From Pseudomonas sp. (GTDB taxonomy: Bacteria; Pseudomonadota; Gammaproteobacteria; Pseudomonadales; Pseudomonadaceae): a stretch of DNA of 64,000 nucleotides. Made by a program: the position numbers and the translations under genes. The stretch covers positions 4,752-68,751 of the forward strand of contig JAVXRI010000010.1 of NCBI GenBank assembly GCA_036643775.1, given 5' to 3'. Of the stretch, positions 1-10,722 are shown piece after piece (position 1 is the first letter of the stretch; each line of letters starts with the position of its first letter). The notes beneath the pieces were generated by a model that was not told the origin of the DNA, did not search any database, and was given only the letters and a program-made list of their open reading frames with translations.

Positions 1-598
1 TCGAGCAACTGCGCAGCCAGGGCGTGCCCAATTACTTTGGTAGCCAGCGCTTCGGTCATCAGGGCGGCAACGTTCACGATGCCCGCGACTGGGCCGCACG
101 CCAGGCCCTGCCGGAGCAGCGCAATGTGCGCTCGCGGCTGCTTTCCAGTGCGCGCAGCTATGTGTTCAACCAGGTGCTGGCGCAGCGTGTAGCTGACGGC
201 AGCTGGCAGCGGGCGCAAGTTGGCGACCTGCTGGCCTTTACCGATAGCCGCAGCTTTTTTCCGGCCAGCGAAACGGAGTGTTCCGATCCACGCCTGGCCA
301 TTCTTGACCTGCATCCCACCGGCCCGCTGTGGGGCGAGGGGCCGTCACCGGCCAGCGGCGCCACTGGCGAGCTTGAACAGGGCATCGGTGAGCAGCACGC
401 GTCGTTGTGCCAGTGGTTGGCGCGCGCGGGCATGAGCCACGAGCGGCGTATCCTGCGACTGCCCATTGGCGGCCTGACGTGGCATTATCCCGAGCCTGAT
501 ATTCTGCAACTGGAATTCGTCCTTCCGGCCGGATGCTTTGCCACCGTTGTGGTGCGCGAGCTTGTTGATCTGGTGTCGGCAGGGCAGACGGACAGCCC

Positions 599-611
<13 letters not shown>
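1..611 (+). CDS. truD: tRNA pseudouridine(13) synthase TruD, 5'-truncated by the window edge
   Basis: Motifs [25 protein letters not shown] and [12 protein letters not shown]; overlaps surE as in the conserved truD-surE-pcm-nlpD-rpoS operon. Confidence 0.95.
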
Positions 612-2025
<1,414 letters not shown>

Positions 2026-2204
2026 TCAGACTTTTTTTCGCCGCGGGCGAATTACTCCGGCATTGCCCTGTCTATCTGCCGGGCTACCCTGATCTCTCAG
2101 GGTTCACATTTTGCCAAAGCCCGGCGTCCGCAAGGCGCATGCGCTCGGTTATAATTGAAACAATATTGCATTTTCACAGCAGTCACCAAGAGAGGGAGCG
2201 GCGG

Positions 2205-3074
2205 GTGGGTCACACAATCATTCAGCAGCGCAGGGGATTTTCGAGCTTCAAGCTTCTGGTGATTGCACTTGCCGTGGGTTCGCTGGTGTCCGGCTGCTCC
2301 AGCACCTCCTCCACCAGTGCCCGTGTGGTCGACCGCAATGCGCCGGTGGCCAAGCGTCCGGTCACCACCAGCGGCCAGTACGTGGTGCGCCCTGGCGACA
2401 CGCTGTTCTCCATCGCCTTTCGTTATGGCTGGGACTACAAGGCCCTGGCTGCCCGCAACGGTATCGTGGCGCCATACACCATCCGTCCAGGCCAGGCGAT
2501 CCGTTTCGATGGCCGCTCCAGCGGCCCCGCCAGTGGTTCCACCACGGTGGTCACCACCTCGTCATCGCCTTCGAGCAAGACCACTGTCACCACGCGTCCG
2601 GCAGGTACGCCTGCGAAGCCTGTGACAACGATTCCAGCCACGCCTGCGCCGGTGGTGAGCACTACCACCGCCCCGGTCCAGGTGCCTGCAACAGAGCGTG
2701 CAGTGGGCGGCTGGGCATGGCCGGCGACGGGTGTGCTGATTGGAAAATTTGCTTCAAACGGTAGTTTGAATAAAGGCATTGATATCGCCGGTGATTTGGG
2801 ACAGCCTGTTTTTGCTGCGTCTGATGGTTCGGTTGTCTACGCCGGGAGTGGCTTGCGGGGCTACGGCGAGTTGGTAATCATCAAGCACAGCGACACCTAC
2901 GTCAGTGCCTACGGCCACAACCGCAGGCTTTTGGTTCGGGAGGGACAGCAGGTCAAAGTTGGGCAGACAATTGCCGAAATGGGTTCCACGGGCACAGACC
3001 GGGTGAAGCTGCATTTTGAGATTCGCCGCCAGGGCAAACCTGTTGATCCGCTGCAATTCCTGCCGCGTCGTTGA
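2205..3074 (+). CDS. nlpD: Lipoprotein NlpD (LysM + M23 peptidase domain)
   Basis: Lipobox LVSGC, LysM (YVVRPGDTLFSIA), M23 domain (GIDI, AYGHN, LHFEIR); GTG at 2205 with AGGGAG RBS preferred over the ORF-track start 2139. Confidence 0.95.
   Translation: MGHTIIQQRRGFSSFKLLVIALAVGSLVSGCSSTSSTSARVVDRNAPVAKRPVTTSGQYVVRPGDTLFSIAFRYGWDYKALAARNGIVAPYTIRPGQAIRFDGRSSGPASGSTTVVTTSSSPSSKTTVTTRPAGTPAKPVTTIPATPAPVVSTTTAPVQVPATERAVGGWAWPATGVLIGKFASNGSLNKGIDIAGDLGQPVFAASDGSVVYAGSGLRGYGELVIIKHSDTYVSAYGHNRRLLVREGQQVKVGQTIAEMGSTGTDRVKLHFEIRRQGKPVDPLQFLPRR
2753..2770 (+). promoter_or_regulatory. PsrA-type operator in the rpoS promoter region inside nlpD
   Basis: Palindrome TTCAAAC-GGTA-GTTTGAA fits the established PsrA consensus (C/G)AAAC-N2-4-GTTT(G/C), ~410 bp upstream of rpoS. 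Confidence 0.8.
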
Positions 3075-3181
3075 TTGCTAGTACCCGGCCTGTTCCTCGC
3101 GTAGAGGGGACAGGCTCCAGCGCTGCCAAGGATATCGGCGTCGCTCGAGTCTGAGTTCGAACTCAGCAAAGGACTATAACA

Positions 3182-4189
3182 ATGGCTCTCAGTAAAGAAG
3201 TGCCGGAGTTTGACATCGACGATGAAGTGCTCCTGATGGAGACGGGCATCGTTTTGGAAACGGATGTGGTGTCAGACGAACCTGCTGTATCTTCGGTTCG
3301 GACCAGGGCTAAACAAGGCTCTACGCTCAAGCAGCACAAGTACATCGATTATACTCGGGCGCTTGATGCAACCCAGTTGTACCTCAATGAAATCGGTTTT
3401 TCGCCTTTGCTCTCGCCAGAGGAAGAGGTTCATTTTGCGCGTCTGTCGCAAAGTGGCGATCCGGCGGGGCGCAAGCGCATGATCGAAAGCAACTTGCGTC
3501 TGGTGGTGAAAATCGCCCGGCGTTATGTCAATCGTGGGCTTTCGCTGCTGGACCTGATCGAAGAGGGCAACCTGGGGTTGATTCGTGCGGTCGAGAAGTT
3601 CGACCCTGAACGTGGTTTCCGTTTCTCTACCTATGCCACCTGGTGGATTCGGCAAACCATCGAACGGGCGATCATGAACCAGACCCGTACCATTCGCTTG
3701 CCCATTCATGTGGTCAAGGAGCTCAACGTTTACCTGCGCGCAGCGCGCGAACTGACCCAGAAGCTCGATCATGAACCGTCGCCGGAAGAGATCGCCAGCC
3801 TCCTGGAGAAACCGGTGGGTGAGGTCAAGCGCATGCTCGGGCTCAACGAGCGTGTATCGTCAGTGGATGTGTCCCTGGGGCCAGACTCTGACAAGACCTT
3901 GCTCGATACCCTGACCGATGACCGTCCCACCGATCCTTGTGAGCTGCTCCAGGATGATGACCTGTCCCAGAGCATCGACCAATGGCTGAGTGAGCTGACT
4001 GACAAGCAACGTGAGGTGGTAATTCGCCGTTTCGGCCTGCGGGGGCATGAAAGCAGTACCCTGGAGGATGTGGGACTGGAGATAGGCCTGACCCGTGAGC
4101 GGGTTCGCCAGATCCAGGTCGAGGGGCTCAAGCGCTTGCGTGAGATCCTCGAGAAGAATGGCCTGTCCAGTGAGTCGCTGTTTCAGTAA
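3182..4189 (+). CDS. rpoS: RNA polymerase sigma factor RpoS
   Basis: [46 protein letters not shown], region 4 HTH; downstream of nlpD. Confidence 0.99.
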   Translation: MALSKEVPEFDIDDEVLLMETGIVLETDVVSDEPAVSSVRTRAKQGSTLKQHKYIDYTRALDATQLYLNEIGFSPLLSPEEEVHFARLSQSGDPAGRKRMIESNLRLVVKIARRYVNRGLSLLDLIEEGNLGLIRAVEKFDPERGFRFSTYATWWIRQTIERAIMNQTRTIRLPIHVVKELNVYLRAARELTQKLDHEPSPEEIASLLEKPVGEVKRMLGLNERVSSVDVSLGPDSDKTLLDTLTDDRPTDPCELLQDDDLSQSIDQWLSELTDKQREVVIRRFGLRGHESSTLEDVGLEIGLTRERVRQIQVEGLKRLREILEKNGLSSESLFQ

Positions 4190-4207
4190 GCCTGGCTTGC
4201 AGCAAAG

Positions 4208-4240
4208 AACGCCTCGACATTGATCGAGGCGTTTTTGTTT
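4208..4240 (+). terminator. Intrinsic terminator after rpoS
   Basis: AACGCCTCGA-cattga-TCGAGGCGTT followed by TTTGTTT. Confidence 0.85.
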
Positions 4241-4330
4241 GTGTATGAAAAGTGTGTCAGGGCGGGTGTTTCCTGTCATTGCTATGGAAACATCCAGATT
4301 GTCCTTCGCTGTTGGCACAGTTCTTTTCCG

Positions 4331-4348
4331 TGTAAGCCTTCGCTTACT
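4331..4348 (+). promoter_or_regulatory. GacA box (UAS) of rsmZ
   Basis: TGTAAG-ccttcg-CTTACT, 1 mismatch to TGTAAG-N6-CTTACA, ~190 bp upstream of rsmZ. Confidence 0.8.
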
Positions 4349-4412
4349 CGTGCTGTAAGCCATTGTTCTAAGCGTTAGTAAATCGTTGTCGTTTTCACCG
4401 TGCGCTTTTTTA

Positions 4413-4425
4413 TAAACGATTGATA
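4413..4425 (-). promoter_or_regulatory. IHF site in the rsmZ promoter linker
   Basis: Minus strand TATCAA-TCGT-TTA matches WATCAA-N4-TTR, in AT-rich DNA between the GacA box and rsmZ. Confidence 0.65.
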
Positions 4426-4520
4426 AACAACGTTTTTGTTGTTTGTTTCAGTAAGGTTGCTGCAGCTTTTTGAGAGCTTTGACCAGTTGCTGGAAATGCT
4501 GCAGCGGCTAGTATCTCAAC

Positions 4521-4652
4521 TGTGTCTACGGACTGACACAGGCTTTCAAGGATGACGGCCAAGGACATCGCAGGATGCGATTCATCAGGATGATGAAAGG
4601 GAACAAAGGGACTACGGAAAAAATGTGGGCGGGTTAAACCGCCCCTTTTTTT
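4521..4652 (+). ncRNA. rsmZ: RsmZ, RsmA/CsrA-sequestering sRNA
   Basis: Repeated A(N)GGA motifs (ACGGA, AAGGA, CAGGA, AGGGA), 3' hairpin GGGCGG-gttaaa-CCGCCC plus T-run; canonical rpoS-fdxA position. Confidence 0.93.
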
Positions 4653-4668
4653 GCCCGCAATAAACATG

Positions 4669-4695
4669 AAAAAAGGCCCTTGTAGGGCCTTTTTT
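4669..4695. terminator. Bidirectional terminator between rsmZ and fdxA
   Basis: AAAAAAGGCCCT-tgt-AGGGCCTTTTTT. Confidence 0.85.
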
Positions 4696-4710
4696 ATTGA
4701 TCCGGGGCGT

Positions 4711-5034
4711 TTAGCGCTCCAGGTCAGCGATCTTGCCTGGCTTGCCATCCCACTCTTCGGCGTCCGGCAGGGCATCCTTACGCTCGGTGATGTTTGGCCA
4801 GATATCTGCCAGCTCGGCATTGAGCTCGATGAAGTTCTCCATGCCGCTTGGCACTTCGTCTTCCGAGAAAATGGCTTGGGCAGGGCATTCAGGCTCGCAC
4901 AGTGCACAGTCGATGCACTCATCCGGGTGAATGACCAGGAAGTTCGGGCCTTCGTAGAAGCAGTCCACCGGACAGACTTCTACGCAGTCGGTGTACTTGC
5001 ACTTGATGCAGTTGTCGGTGACGACGAAGGTCAT
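4711..5034 (-). CDS. fdxA: Ferredoxin I (7Fe, FdxA)
   Basis: [26 protein letters not shown]...[12 protein letters not shown]; 107 aa. Confidence 0.98.
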   Translation of the reverse strand: MTFVVTDNCIKCKYTDCVEVCPVDCFYEGPNFLVIHPDECIDCALCEPECPAQAIFSEDEVPSGMENFIELNAELADIWPNITERKDALPDAEEWDGKPGKIADLER

Positions 5035-5174
5035 TTCTAATTCTCTCCTCAGGCGACGGCAGCGATTCCCTTCCAGACAGGGTCGCTCGGTTTGGTCGTT
5101 CGGCTGCAGACCAGGCTAGTAACCTGCAGCACCGCCAAACCGCGCGGGATTCTATCAGCTTGTGCGGGCTCGCG

Positions 5175-7742
5175 TTATAACAGAGTCTTCAGTGTATAGA
5201 GCATTTCGATAGCTTGACGCGGCGTCATGTTGTCCAGGTCGAGCTTCCCGAGCTTCTCGATGGCCGGGTGTGGCAGGCTGGCAAACAGGTCGCTCTGGTG
5301 CGGAACATCGGCTGCACCCTTGGGCACTACAGGCATTTCATGTGGCAGGCTGGCGGTTTCCAGCCGGCCCAGGTGCTCGCGCGCACGCTGGATCACCGGC
5401 GTCGGTACGCCCGCCAGCTGGGCCACGGCCAGGCCATAGCTCTGGCTGGCAGGCCCCGGCAGCACGTGGTGGAGGAAAACGATGCGCTCGTTGTGCTCGG
5501 TGGCGTTCAGGTGCACGTTGGCTACCAATGGCTCGCTTTCCGGCAGCACGGTCAGTTCGAAGTAGTGGGTGGCGAACAGCGTGTAGGCACGCAGTTGCGC
5601 CAGACGCTCCGCTGCGGCCCAGGCCAGCGACAGGCCGTCGAAGGTGCTGGTACCGCGGCCGACTTCGTCCATCAGCACCAGGCTACGGTCGCTGGCGTTG
5701 TGCAGGATGTTGGCGGTTTCGCTCATTTCGACCATGAAGGTCGAGCGCCCACCGGCGAGGTCGTCGCTGGAGCCGATACGGGTGAAGATCCGATCGACCA
5801 GCGACAGCTCGCAACTCGCTGCGGGTACAAAACTGCCGATATGCGCCATCAGCACAATCAGGGCCGTCTGGCGCATGTAGGTGGATTTACCGCCCATGTT
5901 CGGGCCGGTGATCACCAGCATGCGCGTGCTGTCATCCAGCGCCAGGTCGTTGGCCACGAACGGCGTGGTCAGTACCTGTTCGACCACCGGGTGGCGACCC
6001 TGGGTGATACGCATGCACGGCTCGTCGACGAAGGACGGGCAGTTCAGGTCCAGGTTCAGCGCGCGCTCGGCGAGGTTGCTCAACACATCCAGCTCGGCCA
6101 GGGCCGCGGAGGTGTCCTGCAGGGGCGCCAGATGACCGATCAGGGTTTCCAGCAGCGCGTCGTAGAGCATCTTCTCGCGGGCAAGGGCGCGGCTCTTGGC
6201 CGACAGGGCCTTGTCTTCGAAGACTTTCAGTTCCGGGGTGATGAAGCGCTCGGCGCCCTTGAGCGTCTGCCGGCGGATGTAGTCGGCTGGCGCCTGCTCG
6301 GCCTGCTTGCTCGGCAGCTCGATGAAGTAGCCATGCACACGGTTGTAGCCGACCTTGAGGTTGGCCAGGCCGGTGCGGGCTTTTTCCCGGGCTTCGAGGT
6401 CAATAAGGAACTGGCCGGCGTTCTCGCTCATGGACAGCAATTCGTCCAGTTCGCTGTCGTAGCCGGCTTTCAGCACACCGCCGTCACGGATGACCGCGGG
6501 CGGGTTGTCGATGATGGCTTTTTCCAGCAGGTCGGCCAGTTCCGGGTAGGTCCCGGTGATGGCCGCCAGGCGCGCCAGGTGTGGCGCTTCAAGCTCTGCC
6601 ATGGCGTTCTGCAGTTCAGGCAGGGCGCCGAGGGCGTCGCGCAGGCGCGCCAGGTCTCGTGGGCGGGCGTTGCGCAGGCCGATACGGGCGAGAATGCGTT
6701 CGAGGTCGCCGATTTCCTTGAGCTGCGGCTGCAGTTTCTCAAAGCGGTAGCTGTCGAGCAGGCAGCGAATCGAACCCTGACGTGCTTGCAGGACTTTCAG
6801 GTCGCGCAGCGGGCGGTTCAGCCAGCGGGTCAGCAGACGGCTGCCCATGGCGGTCTGGCAACGGTCGATGACCGACTGCAGAGTGTTGTCGCGACCGCCC
6901 GCCAGGTTCACATCCAGCTCGAGGTTGCGGCGGCTTGCGCCATCGAGCACCACGGTGTCGTCCAGGCGTTCATGCTTGAGGCTGCGCAGATGGGGCAGGG
7001 CGGTACGCTGGGTTTCCTTGGCATAGCCCAGCAGGCAGCCGGCGGCGCCGATCGCCAGGGTCAGCTTCTCGCAGCCAAAGCCCTTGAGGTCCTGGGTTGC
7101 GAACTGCTGGCAGAGGCTCTTGCGTGCCGAATCGCGGTCGAAATCCCAGGGTGCACGGCGGCGGGCGCCGCGGCGTTTCTCCGCAGGCAAGCCTTGTGGC
7201 CAGTCATCGGGGATCAACAGCTCGACCGGGTTGATGCGTTCAAGCTCGGCCAGCAGGTTCTCCCAGCCCTTGATCTCGAGCACGGTGAAGTTGCCGCTGG
7301 TGATATCCAGCACGGCCAGGCCGAACAGGCGCTCGTCACCGAGCACGGCGGCGATCAGGTTGTCGCGGCGTTCATCCAGCAACGCCTCGTCACTGACTGT
7401 GCCGGGGGTAATGATGCGCACCACCTGGCGTTCTACCGGGCCCTTGCTGGTGGCCGGGTCGCCGATCTGCTCGCAGATCACCACCGACTCGCCGAGCTTC
7501 ACCAGCTTGGCCAGGTAGCCCTCGGCCGCGTGGAAAGGGATACCACACATGGGAATTGACTGGCCCGCCGATTGCCCGCGGGCAGTCAGGGTGATATCCA
7601 GGAGTTTTGCGGCCTTCTTCGCGTCTTCATAGAAGATTTCGTAGAAGTCGCCCATGCGGTAGAACATCAGTTGATCTGGGTGCTGGTTTTTCAGCTTCCA
7701 GTACTGTTGCATCATCGGGGTGTGTGCGGAGAGATCGCTCAT
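5175..7742 (-). CDS. mutS: DNA mismatch repair protein MutS
   Basis: [19 protein letters not shown], Walker [25 protein letters not shown]; start [11 protein letters not shown] at 7742 (the ORF-track extension to 8159 overlaps the next gene). Confidence 0.98.
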   Translation of the reverse strand: MSDLSAHTPMMQQYWKLKNQHPDQLMFYRMGDFYEIFYEDAKKAAKLLDITLTARGQSAGQSIPMCGIPFHAAEGYLAKLVKLGESVVICEQIGDPATSKGPVERQVVRIITPGTVSDEALLDERRDNLIAAVLGDERLFGLAVLDITSGNFTVLEIKGWENLLAELERINPVELLIPDDWPQGLPAEKRRGARRRAPWDFDRDSARKSLCQQFATQDLKGFGCEKLTLAIGAAGCLLGYAKETQRTALPHLRSLKHERLDDTVVLDGASRRNLELDVNLAGGRDNTLQSVIDRCQTAMGSRLLTRWLNRPLRDLKVLQARQGSIRCLLDSYRFEKLQPQLKEIGDLERILARIGLRNARPRDLARLRDALGALPELQNAMAELEAPHLARLAAITGTYPELADLLEKAIIDNPPAVIRDGGVLKAGYDSELDELLSMSENAGQFLIDLEAREKARTGLANLKVGYNRVHGYFIELPSKQAEQAPADYIRRQTLKGAERFITPELKVFEDKALSAKSRALAREKMLYDALLETLIGHLAPLQDTSAALAELDVLSNLAERALNLDLNCPSFVDEPCMRITQGRHPVVEQVLTTPFVANDLALDDSTRMLVITGPNMGGKSTYMRQTALIVLMAHIGSFVPAASCELSLVDRIFTRIGSSDDLAGGRSTFMVEMSETANILHNASDRSLVLMDEVGRGTSTFDGLSLAWAAAERLAQLRAYTLFATHYFELTVLPESEPLVANVHLNATEHNERIVFLHHVLPGPASQSYGLAVAQLAGVPTPVIQRAREHLGRLETASLPHEMPVVPKGAADVPHQSDLFASLPHPAIEKLGKLDLDNMTPRQAIEMLYTLKTLL

Positions 7743-7910
7743 TACAGAAACTTGGCTCGCAGTGTCGTTTAGACCAAAGGCAAGCGGGCAATGGTACAGG
7801 GATTTTGCGCGCGATGCCGAGGCCAACAGCCACGGCGCGACCATTTGTCCATGCATTTGCGTGCATATCGGCAATTGCTTTTTGCATAAGCAGGTTGCAT
7901 TATGCGGATT

Positions 7911-8645
7911 ATGCAAAAACGCAACGTAGCATCCGTCTTGAGAGCACTGCTCGACCGTCACGGTATCTCCCCCACGGAGTTGCACCGGCGTACCGGCGTG
8001 CCGCAATCCACCCTGTCGCGCATTCTCAGCGAGAAGATCGTCGATCCTTCTGACAAACATGTGTCGAAGATCGCCGAGTATTTCGGCGTGAGCACCGATC
8101 AATTGCGTGGCCGCGTCGAACTCGGTGAAAGCCGCGAAGCCGCGCCCGGGCGCAGTCACGCCGAGTTGCGCGATATCAGCCTGTGGGATGACGACACCCC
8201 TGTCGAGGATGACGAGGTATCCATTCCGTTTCTTCGTGAGGTCGAGTTGGCAGCAGGATCAGGACGATTCGTCATCGAGGAAAGCGAGAAGGCCAGCCTG
8301 CGCTTCGGCAAGCGCAGCCTGCGCCACAACGGCGTGCAGTTCGACCAGGCCAAGTGCGTCACGGTGCGCGGCAACAGTATGTTGCCGGTGTTGCGCGATG
8401 GCGCCACGGTAGGGGTCAACGCTGGCAAGAGTGGCATCGGCGATATCGTCGACGGTGACCTGTACGCCATCAACCATAACGGCCAGCTGCGGGTGAAGCA
8501 GCTCTATCGTCTGCCTACCGGTATTCGTCTGCGCAGTTTCAACCGTGATGAGCATCCGGATGAAGACTACAGCTTCCAGCAGATGCAGGAGGAGCAGATC
8601 AGCATCCTCGGCCACGTCTTCTGGTGGGGCATGTACGCCCGCTGA
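7911..8645 (+). CDS. prtR: PrtR-like repressor (Cro/CI HTH + S24 autopeptidase)
   Basis: HTH ([18 protein letters not shown]), Ala-Gly cleavage region (ELAAGSG), catalytic Ser (VRGNSM) and Lys (RVKQL); start MQKRNV at 7911. Confidence 0.9.
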   Translation: MQKRNVASVLRALLDRHGISPTELHRRTGVPQSTLSRILSEKIVDPSDKHVSKIAEYFGVSTDQLRGRVELGESREAAPGRSHAELRDISLWDDDTPVEDDEVSIPFLREVELAAGSGRFVIEESEKASLRFGKRSLRHNGVQFDQAKCVTVRGNSMLPVLRDGATVGVNAGKSGIGDIVDGDLYAINHNGQLRVKQLYRLPTGIRLRSFNRDEHPDEDYSFQQMQEEQISILGHVFWWGMYAR

Positions 8646-8663
8646 TCCACACTCAGTCATCAG

Positions 8664-8689
8664 AAAACCCGCTTCGGCGGGTTTTTTTT
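8664..8689 (+). terminator. Intrinsic terminator after the repressor
   Basis: AAAACCCGC-ttcg-GCGGGTTTT plus T-run. Confidence 0.9.
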
Positions 8690-8777
8690 CGCCTCCAGGA
8701 AATTGTTGCAGGCCGCATAGGATAAGGACTACATGCATATGCGCATTTTCTCGTGCATAAATATTTCCACAAATGCA

Positions 8778-8806
8778 TTGACTGCATATGCATCAATGCA
8801 TAATCT
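8778..8806 (+). promoter_or_regulatory. Candidate sigma70 promoter of the tailocin structural/lysis operon
   Basis: TTGACT-17 bp-TAATCT (alternative CATAAT at 15 bp spacing), embedded in a long palindrome. Confidence 0.65.
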
Positions 8807-9013
8807 TTGTCTCAAGCCGGTCATCACCGGTAGCGACAAAGGCAGCGATGAACAGGCCTGAACTGTTCAGAGGGTTGGCAACTGGCCCGGGTGTGCAGCG
8901 TAAAGCACCACAAGCAGTTATCCGGCGGGCAGGTGGCCGCGGTCGGAGGAACAATTTGAAGCGGAGTCGTCCAGCGCACCAGTCGTGGCAGGCGATTCGA
9001 CAACGCATTACTG

Positions 9014-9040
9014 AAAAGCCTGGAAACGCCGGGCTTTTTG
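9014..9040 (+). terminator. Intrinsic terminator in the tailocin leader, upstream of the holin
   Basis: AAAAGCCTGG-aaacg-CCGGGCTTTTT; flanks GCATT/AATGC can extend the stem. Confidence 0.75.
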
Positions 9041-9114
9041 GAATGCCGAGTGGTCGGTTTTAAACACATGCCGCAGGCAAGGTGCCGTGCGGAACAATAA
9101 AAGGAGACAGGACA

Positions 9115-9468
9115 GTGACAAGCGAGCAACAGACGTTACTGGAAATGCCGATCTGGCTGGTGATCGTCCTGGCCTTGCTGGGCGGTCTCTCTGGCGAGAT
9201 GTGGCGTGCGGACAAGGCCGGTGCCCGAGGCTGGGCGCTGTTTCGGCGCCTGCTTTTGCGTTCGGGAGCCTGCATGGTCTGCGGCGTATCCACGGTGATG
9301 CTGCTGTATGCCAGCGGCATGTCGATCTGGACCGCCAGTGCCTTTGGCTGCCTGACGGCGATGGCCGGTGCCGATGTGGCTATCGGGCTTTATGAGCGGT
9401 GGGCCGCACGGCGCTTGGGGGTCGAAACACAGGTCTCGGAGTTTCAACGCCAGGACAACAAGGAGTGA
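9115..9468 (+). CDS. Phage/pyocin-type holin
   Basis: 117 aa with hydrophobic helices (PIWLVIVLALLGGLSGE...AMAGADVAIGLY) and charged C-terminus; AAGGAG RBS, GTG start; first gene of the operon as in R-pyocin clusters. Confidence 0.85.
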   Translation: MTSEQQTLLEMPIWLVIVLALLGGLSGEMWRADKAGARGWALFRRLLLRSGACMVCGVSTVMLLYASGMSIWTASAFGCLTAMAGADVAIGLYERWAARRLGVETQVSEFQRQDNKE

Positions 9469-9522
9469 GCAGATGAAGTGTTAGGATGCTGGATGTCAAA
9501 CACTCTCAGCCAAAGGAATGGC

Positions 9523-10068
9523 ATGTCGTCCGTAATCACTCAAATCAAAGCCCTGCCACCAAAGTCCCAAGTCAAACTCTGTTTGATCCTAGCGGTTTTC
9601 TCCTTGTTGATTGGCGCTTTGTTCCTGCTTGAATGGAGGGATTATCAAGAGCCGAACCCTGAGCGAATCGTGCAGCTTGAAGGCAGGCTGACCAGCGATG
9701 CCCAGGTGTGGAAGCAAGACCGCAGGATTGTCGACTTCGGTGTGGCGCCGCACGGCATGTATGAAGACCGGCAGCCAGTGTATGCCTACAAGGATGTTTA
9801 CCAGAGCACAGGATTGCGCAGGGGGGCAACGGTTGCACTCGAGGTCGAGCACACGGCAGAGGGCGCTCTGGTGCGTAAGCTGAGCACACATGAAGGTCGC
9901 GTGTTGTTCGATGCCAACATGGAGCGCTACATCGCGTCCACCGGCAACGATTCAATAGTGCGCACGTCAGTCCTCACTGTGTTTCTGGTCACGCTGTGCC
10001 TGGGACATGCCTTTTTGACCTGGAGGCGCTACCTCAAAGCACCGGCAGACGTTAATTCAGCGACGTAG
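9523..10068 (+). CDS. Hypothetical 2-TM inner-membrane protein (tailocin cargo)
   Basis: 181 aa, AAGGAA RBS; hydrophobic segments near both termini flanking a ~120-aa hydrophilic domain; not part of the standard R-tail gene set. Confidence 0.7.
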   Translation: MSSVITQIKALPPKSQVKLCLILAVFSLLIGALFLLEWRDYQEPNPERIVQLEGRLTSDAQVWKQDRRIVDFGVAPHGMYEDRQPVYAYKDVYQSTGLRRGATVALEVEHTAEGALVRKLSTHEGRVLFDANMERYIASTGNDSIVRTSVLTVFLVTLCLGHAFLTWRRYLKAPADVNSAT

Positions 10069-10215
10069 TTAACGCCTTCGCTCCGCCTGCAAGGATGCAC
10101 TTCGTTGTGTCCTGCACGCCCCTATCAAAACTTCCCCCTCCATGAGGTCGAGCGCCTGCCCGGCCGGCTGGCGCGTGCCTCCAGCCAGGCCGTCACGACT
10201 CGCCTAGGAGTGAAC

Positions 10216-10722
10216 ATGAACGAACTAACGACCTTGCATGAGGCCATCACCGCGTCCATCAAGGCCGCGATTCCTCAGTTTGAAACTGTAGGCGCTTATG
10301 CGACAGCGGACGAGTCCACAGTTCTCCCAGCGTTGCTCTACGCCATCACCAGCCTTGTGCCCGGAGTTGATCCAGGCGATGGTCGTGCGGGCATCATCGC
10401 AGGCTTTGAGGCCCGCATCCTGGTCGACCCGGCTCGCCCGCAAGCGCCTTTGTTGTCTGTCTCACTGGCGGCCCAACTGACGATACTGCTACGCAAACAG
10501 TTCTGGGCACTGGACTTTGTCGAGGGGGCCTCGGTTGTTCGCGCAATGCCCGCCACAACAGCGTCGACAACGATCTGGTTGGTGCAATGGCAGCAGATGC
10601 TGCGCTTGGGCGCTGCACAATGGCCGTGGCCCGATGAGCCGGGGCCGTTGGCCTTTGCCTTCAGTCCCGACACTGGCCGCGGCAACGAAGATAGTTATCA
10701 GTCTGCGGAGGGCATGACATGA
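10216..10722 (+). CDS. Tail terminator/collar protein (PA0615-like)
   Basis: DPGDGRAG..FEARILV, W.Q.LRLGAAQWPWPDEP, FSPDTGRGNEDSY resemble the R-pyocin collar; AGGAG RBS before ATG 10216. Confidence 0.8.
   Translation: MNELTTLHEAITASIKAAIPQFETVGAYATADESTVLPALLYAITSLVPGVDPGDGRAGIIAGFEARILVDPARPQAPLLSVSLAAQLTILLRKQFWALDFVEGASVVRAMPATTASTTIWLVQWQQMLRLGAAQWPWPDEPGPLAFAFSPDTGRGNEDSYQSAEGMT

Noticed and set aside
2500-2700. Thr/Pro/Ser-rich repetitive stretch
   Set aside because: Ordinary linker between the LysM and M23 domains of NlpD.
5214-7559. 781-aa ORF antisense to mutS
   Set aside because: Shadow ORF from high-GC codon bias on the opposite strand; no recognisable motifs. The same applies to 15324-16487, 43254-45962, 51153-53093, 39268-41019 and 34228-35493.
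7743-8159. 139-aa N-terminal extension of MutS in the ORF track
   Set aside because: Overlaps the divergent repressor gene and its promoter; MutS homology begins at [11 protein letters not shown] (7742).
8773-8801. LexA box at the tailocin promoter
   Set aside because: CTG at 8782 is not followed by CAG at N10 spacing; the palindrome has a different consensus.
8788-9129. Short ORFs in the tailocin leader (8788-9063 +, 8793-9008 -, 8824-9129 -) as a hidden PrtN/Q-like activator
   Set aside because: No RBS, the plus-strand one starts inside the predicted promoter and crosses the terminator, and none shows an HTH or zinc motif. A very small peptide cannot be fully excluded without Ribo-seq.
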